DNA of 64,000 bases from Octopus sinensis (GCF_006345805.1 NC_043009.1:21266001-21330000), one strand, 5' to 3'. Shown: positions 35,041 through 48,723, counted from the stretch's first letter. Numbers and translations: made by a program. The notes: a model not told the origin generated them from the letters alone.

Positions 35041-35540
35041 TAGCAGTATCGCATGGCGTTGCTCGGGTTTGTAAGGGAAATAACTATATAAGCATTTTTA
35101 GAGAGTTACTTCCCTTATAGATGCCAATTCGGGCTTTCTTAGCCATTTCTGTTTTGGTGTCTTCAAGCCATAAAATCGTTGTTCTAAAAGTCGCTGGTCT
35201 CCTTGACAACGCTTTACGACGTTGATTTCCTTACACTCCCTTCCCCACAGCTTCACGAGGGAGGGGAGAAGCAAACAGGTGCAGGTGTGACCATGGACGC
35301 CAACTCCGCCGCCATCGACACACGAAAAATTATGCATTAAAATGGAATAAAAAATGATGTTAAATTATTTTTAAAATCGTAGACTCATTGTAGACGCGCG
35401 CTAATACTCAGACGGGCTCGATATGAATCACGACTATAAGATACCCGAATTTGGTTAAACTGCACCGCACAATGTGGGAGTAGTTAGGAATCTAAATCGA
35501 AGGGGACAGACACTCACACAACTACAGTTTTATATATATA
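35040..35540 (-). mobile_element. Non-autonomous Helitron, same family as 28636
   Basis: Reverse-complement homologue with CTAG end at 35040-35043 and the subterminal hairpin. Confidence 0.82.
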
Positions 35541-35770
35541 TAATATATATATATATACATATATTTGAATAATTGAATGAATTATCTTATTAAGGATAAT
35601 TCGAAAGATAACCGATACCTGGGTAGCAAATTCACACCAGAAAGAACACGGTTGAAGCTACGTCCCTAGGGCATAGACTACGTGTCTTCGTGCGGAAATT
35701 TGTATGTTTATTTTAAAATCATAAGTATATGAAAGAATGGAGTTGAACGGCTAGTTAACAAATATCCTTT

Positions 35771-35855
35771 ATTCTCGACATATTTTTCGAAGGCTGCATA
35801 TTCCTAATTCCGAAGGAATAAGGAGTACATTATGCAGATTTCTCATCAGGAAAAT
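35771..35855 (-). ncRNA. Hammerhead ribozyme with a stem III point change
   Basis: attttc-CTGATGA-gaa...ttc-GAAA-AATATGTC-gagaat (C15.2 changed to A). Confidence 0.7.
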
Positions 35856-36144
35856 CAAGGAACTTATGTCGACATCAAAATGCACAAAAAATGTCGACTT
35901 ATGACGTCAAAAATGGGTAGAAGGAGGAAGTAAAAATAGGTAGGAGACAGTATGTTTGCTGTATGTATGGAGATGTGCAGGTGTGCGCTTGAGTTAATGA
36001 GTGCGAGTGTTTGTGTGTGTGTACGTGTGTGTGTATATAACTGCATTTCTGTCTGTATGTGTGATTGTGTGTGTGACAGAGAGACATACGTCAAATATAC
36101 ATAGTAGTAAGGGGAAAATTTGTGTCTGTGTGTTTGATTTTGTG

Positions 36145-36185
<41 letters not shown>

Positions 36186-36683
36186 CATACGTCAAAGATA
36201 TGTAGCAGCAATGGAATATATAAGGAAGAGTTAGGGAAGAGGAAGTGAACGTTGATTGAAAGAATATTCGGAGGCGTAGGAAAGAATTTGTCTATGGCAG
36301 TGGTGTGGACGTGAAGTTAATTGTTAAAACTACAGTGGCTATCTTTATCATTTATATGAGTGGAAAGTGTGTTTCTGCCAATGCTTGACGTATGTCTCTC
36401 TGTCACACACACAATCACACACACAGACACAAATGCAGTTATATACACACACACGTACACACACACAAACACTCGCACTCATTAACACAAGCGCACACAT
36501 GCACACCTCCATACATACAGCAAACATACTGTTCCCTACCTATTTTTACTTCCTCCTTCGACCCATTTTTGACGTCAATGATTATAACGGATTTTTTAAA
36601 AAAAACATTCATTATCGCTGTGATCACCATGTAGGCAATCATCGAAATTTTTGTTCGTCTTATGGTTGAGAGAGGCTCCATAT

Positions 36684-36764
36684 CTTTCCTGATGAGAAGA
36701 TTGCATAATGCAATTTTATTCCTTCGGAATAAAAATATGCCGTCTTCGAAACATATGTCGAGAG
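36684..36764 (+). ncRNA. Intact hammerhead ribozyme
   Basis: ctttc-CTGATGA-gaaga...tcttc-GAAA-CATATGTC-gagag. Confidence 0.88.
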
Positions 36765-36902
36765 TGAAGGAATTTTGTTAACATCTTCGTTCGACTCCAT
36801 TCTTTCATTCATTTATATATATATATATATATATATTTCTTCTAATATAAAATACCTGTACATCATCTCCAAACCTTCCAATATATATATACACACACAC
36901 AT

Positions 36903-36976
<74 letters not shown>

Positions 36977-39585
36977 GTTTCAGCTCACGAGCTGTGGCCA
37001 TGCTGGGGCACCGCCATTTGGTGTTGCTACATGATTTTACTTCACGAATGCTTTTTAGCAACTACCATTTGGTGCATGAGACAGTTCGATGCAGCTGCCC
37101 TCATCTGCACCTCCTGCCGTGAAGTTGGTTCATCCAGGACACCTGACAGGAAGAGATCCAGTCCAACTTTAAAGACATCCGCTTCCACCCCATGCAGGTC
37201 CCTCAGGTTCTTCGGGAGGATATTGAAGAGCTGTGAGCCTCTGAAGCCCAGGCTATCACAGTATCTTGTCCTACATCTTGATGGCAAATTTGGAGTCCTT
37301 GGCATCACGCAGTGGCGCCCACTTCTGGCATTTGTGTAACTCTCGATGCCAAAGTTTGGGACAAGTCCTTCCAGGATCTTCCAGATGTATATTATGGCAT
37401 ATCTCTCTCGCCTACGCTCCAAGGAATAGAGTTTTAATCTCTTGAGTCTTTCCCAGTAGCTTCGTTGGATCGCCTCAAGTTCTGTGATCAACTTGACACT
37501 GGATGGTGACCATAGCTGAGAGCAATAGTCAAAGTGGCTTAGGACAAGTGTTCTAAAGGTTCTAAGAATCCATCCGGCCAGTTGTCTACATTTCATTGCT
37601 AATTTAGCAACATGTACATGAAAGGTTGCGTCATCACTCATGTAAATACCCAGGTCACGCACTGATTGTGCCTCTGGGATTGCAATCCCTCCGGGTCCAG
37701 TGTATTCATTGGGTATTGCATTTAGTATAAAGCTTGAAACTTTTCAGCATTGTCTATTTTGTCCAGCTCACATTGCAGGTGTTTAGTGTCTTCAGGGTTC
37801 TGTATTGCCTGTGAAACTTTTGTATCATCTGCATAACTTGTGATCGTGGCTCTCTGCGTGGCTGAGGGCATGTCTGAGAGGGCTATTATGAACAGTAGTG
37901 GTCCCAAAACAGTGCCCTGCGGAACACCGCTCACTATCCTTCACAAAGTCATGAAGCCATTCTCCCAGTTTTCCAACTATGCCAAGATTACGCAGTTTGT
38001 GACATATCATTCCATGATCGACTTCATCAAAGACCTTTGCAAAGTCGAGATATATGACTTCCACATTTGAGTGGTTGAGCAGTCGTTTCAGCACCCAGTC
38101 ATAGTGTTGTAGGAGCTGAGTTAAGCAGCTTCTTCCTGGTCGGAAACCATGTTGGGTGTCAGGCAGCAAGTCATTTTCTTCAAGGAAGGTGATTAGTTTC
38201 CTTCTGACTATTCGTTCTTTGACCTTGCTGATGTGTGAGGTCAGAGAGATAGGTCTGTAGTTCTTGGCCTCCGCTCTGCTACCTCCTTTATGAATAGGGC
38301 ATATTTTACCTTCCTTCAGTTTTCTTGGAAGTTTGGCAGTTGCTAGGAAGCTCTAAAAGAGGAACTGCAGTGGTCTTCCTAGGACTCTCTTACATACTTT
38401 TAGAAGGATTGCCGGGAATCCATCGGGGCCAGTAGCTGAGTTTGTTTTCATTTCATCTATAGCCTTTATTACATCGTCTTCCTTTATATTGATGTAATCA
38501 ATCATCGCTGCCTCTGATTTTATATCTGCAGTGGTAAAGAAGTCAGTTGGATTGCTGATTTGGAAATGCCCAAGGGGTGGAGTGAAAACACTCTTGAATC
38601 GCTCATTCAGTATTTCACTTACCCTCATTGGATTTCCTGTGAGTGTGCCATCCTTTTCAAGCAGTGGCCCTATCCTACAGTGCACCGTAGCTGTTTCTTT
38701 GGCATACCTGTAGAAAGCTCTGGGGTTAGATTTTATGTTGTCTATAGCCCAGGCTTCTTTGTCTGCTCTTTCCTTTTCACGGGAGGGTTGCAGACATTTT
38801 TCAATTTCCAACAGTTTTATTTTCAGGCGGGACTTTTCACTGCTTTCAATTTGTTTGTTTAGGCGATTTGAAACTTTTGTACGCCGTCTCATTATAATTT
38901 TCCTCTCTCTGGGGATTTTGTTCTTGTGTACAGTGGCCTTTCTCTCTGGGACACATTTGTAGCATATGGCTTGCATTACAGACATAAATTGTTGAAGTTT
39001 CATGTCGATGTCTGGCTAGGAGTGACATTTAGGCCAGTTTTGTTTGAGGATCTCTTTCTCAATTTGTTTCCAGTTTGCCTTATGGAAGTTCAAACTGTAA
39101 AGATTCTGAGAGTTTCTTGTAGGCTGCATGTCTATGCTTTCCTTTGGCCCGTACATGGTCAGCTCTACCATGTTGTGATCCGAGAGTAGTGTCGGTGTCA
39201 CTTTCACATTATGGATTAGATCCATATTATTTGTGAAGCAGAGATCCAGTGTGCTACCTGCCCTGGTTGGTTGGAGTATTACTTGCTCCATGTACAGGGT
39301 GTTGATGAGGTTCAGGAGGGACCTCGCCTGTCCTCGTTCACATCGTGTCATTCCTGGGAGAGAAAGGCCCTCGGGCCATCTGACATTGGGTAGATTGAAG
39401 TCTCCCCTAAGAAGTACACTTCTATTTTTATAAGGCAGTCTTCAAACTTGCCTACATGGCTTGGGGCATCTGGAGGGCGATATGTAGCACACACAACTAC
39501 ACCAAGTTGCCTTACATGTACAATTAGTGTGTCACACACCGAGTTTGCGTGACCTGGGCATTGACATGTGCAATGATGCATCTTT
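36977..39585 (-). mobile_element. CR1/L2-type LINE, same subfamily as 12160, with internal deletions
   Basis: High identity to 12160-14950, with deletions near 37455, 37720 and 37935; 3' tail at 36977-37015. Confidence 0.93.
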
Positions 39586-39589
39586 CCAA

Positions 39590-40297
39590 ATGCATATTGC
39601 TAATCTGGTGATAAAATGCAGACAGCTAGCTGGATGGATTCTCCGAACTTTCAGAACAAGAGAGAAGGAGACACTGATGGTCCTATAGAAAACATTCGTC
39701 CTCAGCCGCTTGGACTACTGCTCCCAACTGTGGTCACCACACAATATAAAACTAACAGCAGAACTCGAAGCAATTCAGAGAAGCTACACAAAGAAAATCG
39801 TCTCAATGCAAAATATCAGCTACTGGGAAAGACTGAAGGTATTAAACCTCTTCTCCCTAGAGCGGAGGCGGGAGAGATATGCGGTGATATACATCTGGAA
39901 AATCCTGGAGGGTCTTGTCCCAAACTTTGGCATTCAAAGTTACCCCAACCGCAGAACGGGGCGCCACTGCATGGTGCCAAAGATTCCAACAGCACCATCA
40001 AAATACAGGTCCAGATACTGCTACAGCTCGGGTTTCAGAGGATCACAGCTCTTTAACATCCTCCCTAAATGCCTGAGAGACTTACATGGTGTGGATGTGG
40101 GTTTCTTTAAAACTAAACTGGATCTCTTCTTGTCGGGAGTCCCAGATGAACCTACCTCACGACAGGAGACGCAGATGCGGGCAGCAGCATCAAAGTCCCT
40201 TGTTGATCAAGTGCCACGTATCAGAGGTGGATTCACAAATTAGTGTAGCTCATTCAGCGGTGGTGCTCCAGCATGGCCGCGGCCTTCGGGCTAAAAC
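39590..40297 (+). mobile_element. CR1/L2-type LINE 3' fragment (subfamily of the 136-592 copy)
   Basis: ORF 39710-40243 DYCSQLWSP..SLERRRERY..; tail at 40259-40297. Confidence 0.92.
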
Positions 40298-40307
40298 ATT
40301 TTAAAGA

Positions 40308-40386
<79 letters not shown>

Positions 40387-40403
40387 ATATTTCGTTTTTT
40401 CTT

Positions 40404-43400
40404 GTTTTAGCTCAGAGCTGCGGCCATGCTGATGCACCGCCGTTTTGTGCTACACTGTTATTACGAAGAGCCCCCTCTAATATGTGGCACTTGGTGAAGA
40501 ATGGAGTTTGATATAGTTACTCTCATGTGCACCTCTTGCCGTGAGGTAGGTTTATATGGGACTCTCGACAGGAAGATGTCCAGCTTTGATTTAAAAACCG
40601 CTACATCTACTTTGTGCAAGTTCCTCAGACTCTCCGGGAGAATATTAAAAAGCTGTGGGCCCTTGAAACCCAGTCTGTTGCAGTAGCTGGTCCTGAAGCG
40701 TGATGGCATTGCTGGGATCTTTGGCACTATGCAGTGTCGTCCCTTTCTAGCATTGGTGTAGCTTACAATGCCAAAATTTGGCACAATTCCTTCCAGGATC
40801 TTCCAGATATATATTACTGCATACCTCTTCCGTCTTCTCTCCAGGGAGTAGAGTCTTAGCTGTTTCAACCTTTCCCAGTAGCTGAGCTGTTGCAAAGAGA
40901 CGATCTTCTTTGTGAATCTTCTCTGGATTGCTTCAAGGTCCGCTGTTAATTTCACACTGGTGGGTGACCATAGCTGTGAACAGTAATCCAGGTGGCTGAG
41001 GACGAATGTCCGCCAGAGGACCATAATGGCTTCCTTATCTCTGGTTCTGAATGTTCTTAGGATCCACCCAGCCAGTCGTCTGCACTTTGTCGCCATCCTG
41101 GTAATGTGCACTTGGAAAGAGGTATCATCACTCATGTCGATACCCAGGTCCCTCACAGACTTAGGCTCTGGGATTGAAATTCCCTGTGGACCGGTGTATC
41201 CTGTAAGTTTAATATTCAGTTTTGGGTGCTGGCATTGCAGGGCCTGGAATTTTTCAGCATTAAACTGCATATTATTATCCTCAGCCCATCTTAGATTGAG
41301 TCCAACTCCTGCTGCAGGTGTGCAACATTGCTGGTGTTCTGTATTTTCTGCGAGACTTTCGTATCGTCTGCATAGCTTGCCAGAGTGGCTATCCGGGCAT
41401 TTGAGGGCATATCTGAGAGGGCCACTATAAAAAGCAGTGGTCCCAAGACAGTGCCCTGTGGAACACCGCTCACTATTTGTGTGTTCATAGAGGAGGCTCC
41501 ATTAACCACTACTGCCTGACTCCTATCTTTCAGGAAGTCATGTAACCACACTCCAAGTTTTCCAGCTATGCCGAGGTCACGCAGTTTGTGGCATATCATA
41601 CCATGATCCACCTTGTCAAAAGCTTTTGCAAAATCAAGGTAGATTACGTCCACATTTGATTTGTTGAGTAACTGCCTCAACACCCAGTCATAATGTTGTA
41701 AGAGCTGGGTCAGGCAGCTCCTACCTGGTTGAAAACCATGCTGGGTATCACTCAGCAAGCTATTTTCCTCAAGGAATGCGATTAGTTTCTTTCTGAATAT
41801 CCGTTCCATGACTTTGCTGATGTATGAAGTCAGGGAGATAGGCCTATAGTTTTTGGCATCTGCTCTACTTCCCCCTTTATGTATTGGACATATTATTCCC
41901 TCCTTCAGCTTGCTTGACAGTTTGCCATTTGTAAGAAAGCTCTGGAAGAGAATCTTGAAGGGTTTTGCCAGGGCATGCTTACACGCTTTGAGGAGGATTG
42001 CTGGTTTAGCAATATTGCTATCTTCATTGCTATCTTCACTGTTTGAGAAAAACATTAGGAATGATCTCGTTTGAGATTACAAAATATCTTTGGCTAGTTT
42101 AACCTTGTTGTGTCCACTGATCTGATTGGTTAGCATCTAAGCGCGGTCTGTCTCTCTACTTATTTCGCGCCAATGTGTAAACTGACCAATCACGGCTTTC
42201 GGATAGGACCTTTCATTTGAGCCATCTTAACTCCATAAATAGGCTGATTATTTGATGATTCACCGTCTTTCGACTTAAGACCTTTTAAAGTCTTGGTCGG
42301 AGACCACACAGAGCTTACTCAACCATGTTCCAGTTCGAAAAGCAGACGACAGCCAAGCCAACCATACTATGAAGACGCTATTGTAAACCAGTGACAGACA
42401 GAACGTCATCACCAGCATCGTCTCCATCTACGAAGATTTCAACTTGTACACAACAAGATAAATACAGATTCAACTCATGCTTTTAGCACGAAAACCTCAC
42501 CACGGAAAAACAGTTGCAGTATATATATCTGAAAGAATATCTATATCAAGAGAAAAATATGCACAACAAGTGATTCAACTAATCTCCGCTCCGAGATTCA
42601 AATCTTGTTATAGAACTCATTATTGTGTACTACATGAACTGGTAAAATAACTCTAAAATAACTCCATTTTAACTCAAATTGTTGAGACTTCTCTTATGCT
42701 CTGTTGTATTCGCATGCACTTTATTCTGTACTTCTGTCGCACACACGAACACACAGACACGAATATTATAAGCATGCATTCATGACACAACACTACGCTA
42801 ATAATCACAAATCACTTTGTACACTGTGAATAAAATCTATCTTGGCGTCCTTTATTCATTTACTTTGGCACTGTATATAAACATGTATTATGGCTTCATA
42901 ACATTATGTTATGTTGGGATGCGGCCGTGCGCTGTACAAGAGGAGAAATATGTCACCAAACTCCTCACGTACGGTCGTATTCTAACACTGGGAAACCATC
43001 TGGACCATCAGTTGAGTTTGTGTCCACTTCGTCTATGGCTTGTAGGTCATCTTCTTCGCTAATGTCAATGCATTCTATTGTAACTGCGTCGCTGGTTATA
43101 GGTGAGGCGGCAAAGAAGTCCATTGGTTCGTTCACTTGTCTGTGTTCCAACGGGGTGGTAAAGACACTTTTGAACTGGTCATTCAGCATCTCACTGATCT
43201 TAGTTCGACTGTCTGTTAGGGAGCCATCCTTTTGGAGGAGGGGGTCCTATCTTGTAGTGTACTGAGACTGTTTCTTTCGCGTAATGAAAGAAGGCCTTTG
43301 GGTTTGATTTAATGTTTTTTATAACCCAGACTTCTTTGTCTGCTTTCTCCCTCACATAGGATTGTTGCAGCCTTTTTCTCGATCTCCATCAGTGTTGTTT

Positions 43401-43860
43401 TTAGGCGGGACGTTTCGCTACTTTTCCTGTCTCTTGGAATCTTGCTCCTATTTGTTTTGGCCTTGTGCTCTGGGACATATTTCTGGCATACGGCTTGCAC
43501 AGAAGACATGCAACATTCTAGTTTCATGTCAATATCTGGTGTGGAGAGACATTCCGGCCAGTCCTCTCTGAGGATCTCTTTTTGGATCGATTTCCAATCT
43601 GCTTTGTGGAAGTTCAGATTGGAGATTTTTCGGATGCTTCCTTTAGGCTGTATATCTCTGGTTACTTTCGGCCCAAACATAGACAGCTCTATTATATTGT
43701 GTTCCGAGACTACTGTCGGTGTCACTTTCACGTCATGAATGATGTCCATATTGTTCGTGAAGCAGAGATCCAGAATGTTATTCGCCCTAGTTGGTTTGAG
43801 TACAACTTGCTCCATGAATAAGGCATTGGTGAGGTTGAGCAGGGACTTCACCTGTACTTG
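40404..43860 (-). mobile_element. CR1/L2-type LINE (third subfamily) interrupted by a solo LTR
   Basis: RT motifs in ORFs 40461-41270 and 41291-42055; APE remnant [13 protein letters not shown] near 43790; tail at 40404-40441. Confidence 0.92.
42005..42987 (+). mobile_element. Probable solo LTR (about 983 bp)
   Basis: Interrupts the LINE precisely. CTGG is duplicated at 42001-42004 and 42988-42991; ends TTTAGCAATA.../...TATTCTAACA; AATAAA near 42829. Confidence 0.7.
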
Positions 43861-43958
43861 CTTGCAATGATGTATATATATATATATATATGTAAATATA
43901 TATATACATACATATATATATATATATATATACATGCATATATATATATATACATACA

Positions 43959-43994
<36 letters not shown>

Positions 43995-44005
43995 CATATA
44001 TATAC

Positions 44006-44071
<66 letters not shown>

Positions 44072-44599
44072 CGTTATACTAATACATCTGTTTGTTTTCT
44101 ACACCACCTGTCTTCGTCTTTTGTATTTTTTTTCTGAATTCTCCCCATATATATGTATCTATGAATCTATGTATGTATGTATGTATGTATGTATGTATTT
44201 GTATATGTATATGCATAGATGTATATGTGTCTACGAAAGAAGAAGAAAAAACAACAAGCAGTATGGTCCCAGTAAGAGACAGAGTTTGATATTATAATGA
44301 AAAAGAGTTGAAACAGCTGAAGAATAGGTAGAAAGAAGTCGAAGATGAAGGGAAATTGGCCGGAAACCAGCTGAGCTCAGAGTTACGATGAATTCCACTC
44401 CAGCTTTGCTGGTCAGACACACGAGAGAGAGAGAGAGAGAGAGAGGGGGGGAGACAGACAGACAGACAGAGACACAGAGAGAGACAGAGGTGCGGGAGGA
44501 AGAGAGAGAAAAGAGAGGAAGGCAAAGTAAGGCGTTTTTAAGTAAACCTTCCAGTTAACAGTTTAACAGCCACAATAAAAAAAAATGAGACAAAAACAG

Positions 44600-46130
44600 A
44601 GGCTTATTTGTTCCAAAGGAGAGGCAGAGTAGCAGCAATACATGGTGGGCCCCAGCCCCAGAATAACTATTCCGTTGGAAGATTGTCTCTTGTACTGCTA
44701 ACGCTCAAACTCCACAACCCTTTCAACGTGGTAGATTTCACTTTCGACGAAGTGAGGGCAGTGGAAGCAAAAGTTCGCGTGGGATCTACTTCAGAGTCAT
44801 GTGCCTTCAAATGTAGGATTTTAAAAATTGTCTGATGTTGCTGAGCAGGCTGGCAGGACTTTTACATTTGTCTGCAGGATGAAGCAGCAAATTTGGCTCT
44901 GGTCTCCTGCTGAGAACTGTTCTGCTCCAGAAGAAAACTCAGCAGGATTTTCCTGGTTTCGAGAGATCTCTCTATTAGATATCGAGGGAAAGATCGTTTG
45001 GTCCGTCATCGCCAAAAGATCAACAACATATTTACTGTTTAATGAGTGTTTCGACACTAGTATCAGAAAAGGAGGATTTCCTGCTACTCTGGTTACTCTG
45101 AACATGCATCAGCAATCATCCGCATAATTAAGGAGGCAAAGAGTAATTACAATATACTGACAATAGCATGGTTAGATCTCGCCAAAATCTACCCGAGTTG
45201 CACCCAATAATTAATCTATGGTGCAATGCAGTACTGCCAAGTACCAACAACAGCAGTCGAACTCGTGATGTCGCACATGGATTCGCTGAATATGACGGCC
45301 ACACTGGGAAATTTCACCACCAAATAGCAAAAACTGGAAAAGGGTATGATAACAGAGTGCACAATATTCGTGATCCTATTCGTGGAAGCCAGGAACATTA
45401 CTTTTCGAGGTGAGAGGAAACAGTGAGGAGGACTCAAAACTAACAACAACAAAAGGTACTCAATCTACAGGGACTTCATGGATGACAACGGTGATGATAC
45501 CATCAATCCACCGTGGACCTGAGCTCGCTTGAAAATGGTCACGTATGACGTTTAATCCAGCAAAAACTTGGAGGCTAAGTATCCTCAAAGGGAGGCTGAC
45601 AGCAGTAGCGTAGCTAGAGTGTGTAACGCCCGGGGCGGCCACTTCGTTTGCCACCCCCAGACCCCACCAAAAGCCACATATTGCATACAGCAGACCCAAA
45701 AGTACCGCCCCTTTAAAAGTGCCACCCGGAGCGGACCGCTCCTAGCGCTCCCCATCCCACTAACTACGCTAGTGGGTGACAGACGATATATTCAGCATTC
45801 AGAGGTCGGAGATTCTAACAATCCAAGAAAAAGGGAACCTGTTGCATTGGGAAGAATTATGATTGTATTCTTAAGGACAACGACAATGCCAAAGACACTT
45901 AGACCTACTGACTGAAGTTGCTGATAAAAGCTAGCGAATACCACCCAGCCATCTTTTCTGCCAATTATTTCTGAGAGGGTCGTGTAGTTAGAGATCTCAG
46001 ATACCTCCTTTATAGGGTACTATCAGGATCAACCGTCATTAACTTTTCACATTGAGAGCTATTCAGAAGAGATCGTAATATCTCTGAAGAGCTCCTGCAG
46101 TTTTTGCGTAGGCAAAGCGTCTCCTATGTT
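44600..46130 (+). mobile_element. Degenerate R2/NeSL/HERO-like non-LTR RT fragment
   Basis: PEENS..FREISLLDIEGKIVWSVIAKR..YLL..DTSIRKGGFP, IIKEAK....IAWLDLAK, QKLEKGMITECTIFVILF. Confidence 0.75.
45603..45774. mobile_element. hAT-like MITE
   Basis: TIR CA(G/C)TAGCGTAG; 8-bp flanks GCTGACAG and GGTGACAG (7/8 match). Confidence 0.75.
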
Positions 46131-46224
46131 TGTTTCACCTTGCATGTTACTTTACATGTTATATCGAAATTCTGGGGTTGAGTATTAAATATTTTACTTG
46201 GTAACTTAATTCTAACATCGTCGA

Positions 46225-46725
46225 AATGCTTGCTTCTCAACCACATGGTTCAGTGGGTTCAGTCCCACTGCGTGGCACCTAGGGCAAGTATCTTCTACTA
46301 CAGCCTCGGGCCGACCGAAGCCTTGTAATGTTGGTGTGTTTATATCTCCGTAACCTAGCAGTTCGGCAAAAGAAGCCGGGCTCCGTATGACTCTTGGAGT
46401 CCATAGAAGGTTTTCCTGTTAAAATTGTGTAATAAATTGCTTTTATTTTGGCAATATACAAAATATTTTAACAATTTTTAATACAATTCCTCATTTACTC
46501 TTTTACTTGTTTCAGTCATTTGACTGTGGCCATGCTGGAGCAGTGCCTTAAGCCGAACAAATCGACCCCAGGACTTATTCTTTGTAAGCCTAGTACTTAT
46601 TCTATCGGTCTATTTTGCCGAACCACTAAGTTACGGGGACGTAAACATACCAGCATCGGTTGTCAAGCGATGTTGAGGAGACAAACACAGACACACAAAT
46701 ATATACACATACATACATATATATA
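46225..46725. mobile_element. Two SINE pieces: plus-strand head (about 46225-46400) and minus-strand 3' half (about 46495-46725)
   Basis: Homologous to the 26770-27255 SINE. Confidence 0.8.
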
Positions 46726-46754
46726 TATGGCACCATACAGGCATGGGCGGCACC

Positions 46755-48010
46755 ATACAGGCATGGAGCTTACAAATATAATTTCAAGTGCAGACTTTGC
46801 CTATTAGAAAAAATGCACATCTTATTCAAAGACAATAATTCTTTGAATCAAAGAAGTGAGTTAATGAACTTATGTAGGCACGCGGCTAAATTTAAAATGT
46901 CGAATATAAATATACCATATGGATAGAGTATATATTTTGTATTTTTGATTTTTGATCTTGATTTTGACTCTTGAGCGCTACGACGGATTTTGATTCTGTT
47001 TCCAAGCTACGCGGATATTAATCCGTATAGCAAAGTCTTATGTTTCTACATATATATTAGGAAAAACCTACAAACTTTGTTTTCATGTTATTGTATTGCA
47101 TAGGATTACCTTGATTATTTATATTACCTTGATTATTTATAAATGACCCAAAATAGGATGTTATATTTTATTTTATATGTCTTTCGTATATATTTTTATT
47201 AATGCACCCATATTTTAAAAGCAATGTTTTTTTTAAAAAAAGCAATGTTGTCGAAATTAGAATGTTTATATAAGTATGTGTATAGCAAAGCATATGTATT
47301 TGTAAGCATGCGTATCTGTGTATGTGTAAGTGAAAGTATGCTTGTGCTTAAGCACACATATACACGACGGTATGTATATGTATCCATTCAAACTTGTGTA
47401 TGTATACTGGTCTCTATAGATGCCAATAACATCGTTACAAGTTTTTTCCCCACCCCTCCTTCGTTCCTTTTTCTCTCTTTCCCTTTCTTTCGTTCCCCCT
47501 CCTTGCTCAGTATATGAGAATTGCTACATAGATGAATTTTAGCTTGCGTGCGAGACGGTTTGCGTGAATATATGTACACATGCTTTTATGTGTATATTTA
47601 GACTCATATTCATACGTCTGTATATGTATGTATGGCGTTTACGCGCATCCTTTTGTGTATGTTGATATATATATGTAGATTTTAATATAAATATGTATTG
47701 CAGTATTTATAACAGGTTTAATTTCTATGCATTAATTTGCACTGTCTTCATTAACGGCAATAGGTTTTTTCCTCGGTTTTTTCCTCGGATTTTATAATTT
47801 TTATAAGTTTTTTTATATATATATACATATATTTTTGACCTTTTTGTTTATCGCTCGAAGATTGACCGTTTTTTCTAAAGGGCCAATCAAACAAGTCCAT
47901 TTCTTTTTAAAGGTGTAGCGTTTGTAAGAGTATAGATTGAATTGATATATAAGTTCCATTCTAGCAAAAACTGTCTGATGAACGGCAACGAGAAACTCAG
48001 AGTAACAGAT
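46755..48010 (+). mobile_element. PLE 3' remnant (EN C-terminus, 3' region, HHR)
   Basis: YKYNFKCRLCLLEKMHILFKDNNSLNQRSELMNLCRHAAKF, the C-terminal signature of CNCR-type PLE endonucleases. Confidence 0.75.
47971..48008 (+). ncRNA. Minimal hammerhead ribozyme
   Basis: ctgt-CTGATGA-a-cg gcaa cg-a-GAAA-CT cag AGTA-acag. Confidence 0.75.
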
Positions 48011-48039
48011 TTTGTTGAATTTTCTGCTGCTTAAAATAA

Positions 48040-48125
<86 letters not shown>

Positions 48126-48129
48126 CATA

Positions 48130-48295
48130 TATACGACGGGCTTCTTTTAGTTTCCGTCTACCAAATCCACTCACAAGGCTTTGGTCGGTACGAGGCTATA
48201 GTAGAAAACACTTGCCCAAGGTGCCACGCATTGGGACTGAACCATGTGGTTCGTAAGCAAGCTACTTACCACACAGCCACTCTTACGCCTATATC
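48130..48295 (-). mobile_element. SINE 5' half (OK/OR-like)
   Basis: Homologous to 27085-27255. Confidence 0.8.
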
Positions 48296-48723
48296 TTTAT
48301 ATATCTTTATATCTTCCTAATCATTTTTAGTTCTAGAAATACAGTAAGATTTTTTAAATATCCATCAAATGACTATGGCGGGTCCAGTAGAGTAAAATAA
48401 GAATCAAAGGGGTCAATAGGCCAAAGAATGATTGAGAGTCCCTGATGATGAGTGTCGACAATAACAACTACGACGATGATGATGATGATGATGATAATAG
48501 TGATGACAGTTATGATTTATTGTTTTTCTACTGTTATCAACATTAAAATCTGTTGACTCGTGAGTGAGATTTTTTCTTATCTAACCCCTTATCAACTCAC
48601 TTTCTCTTTCTAACTGCTCCATCTCTTCTCAACAATCCCCTTCTCTTTCTTCATCTGACGACTGAATCTTCTCTTTACTTCCGGACATCCAACATCTGTT
48701 ATTGGCATTCCAACACAGCACCC

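Larger units (their letters stand above)
35560..36815. mobile_element. Divergent pair of PLE pLTR fragments with an internal inverted repeat
   Basis: About 35902-36095 is the reverse complement of about 36385-36576; an HHR points outward on each side. Confidence 0.8.
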
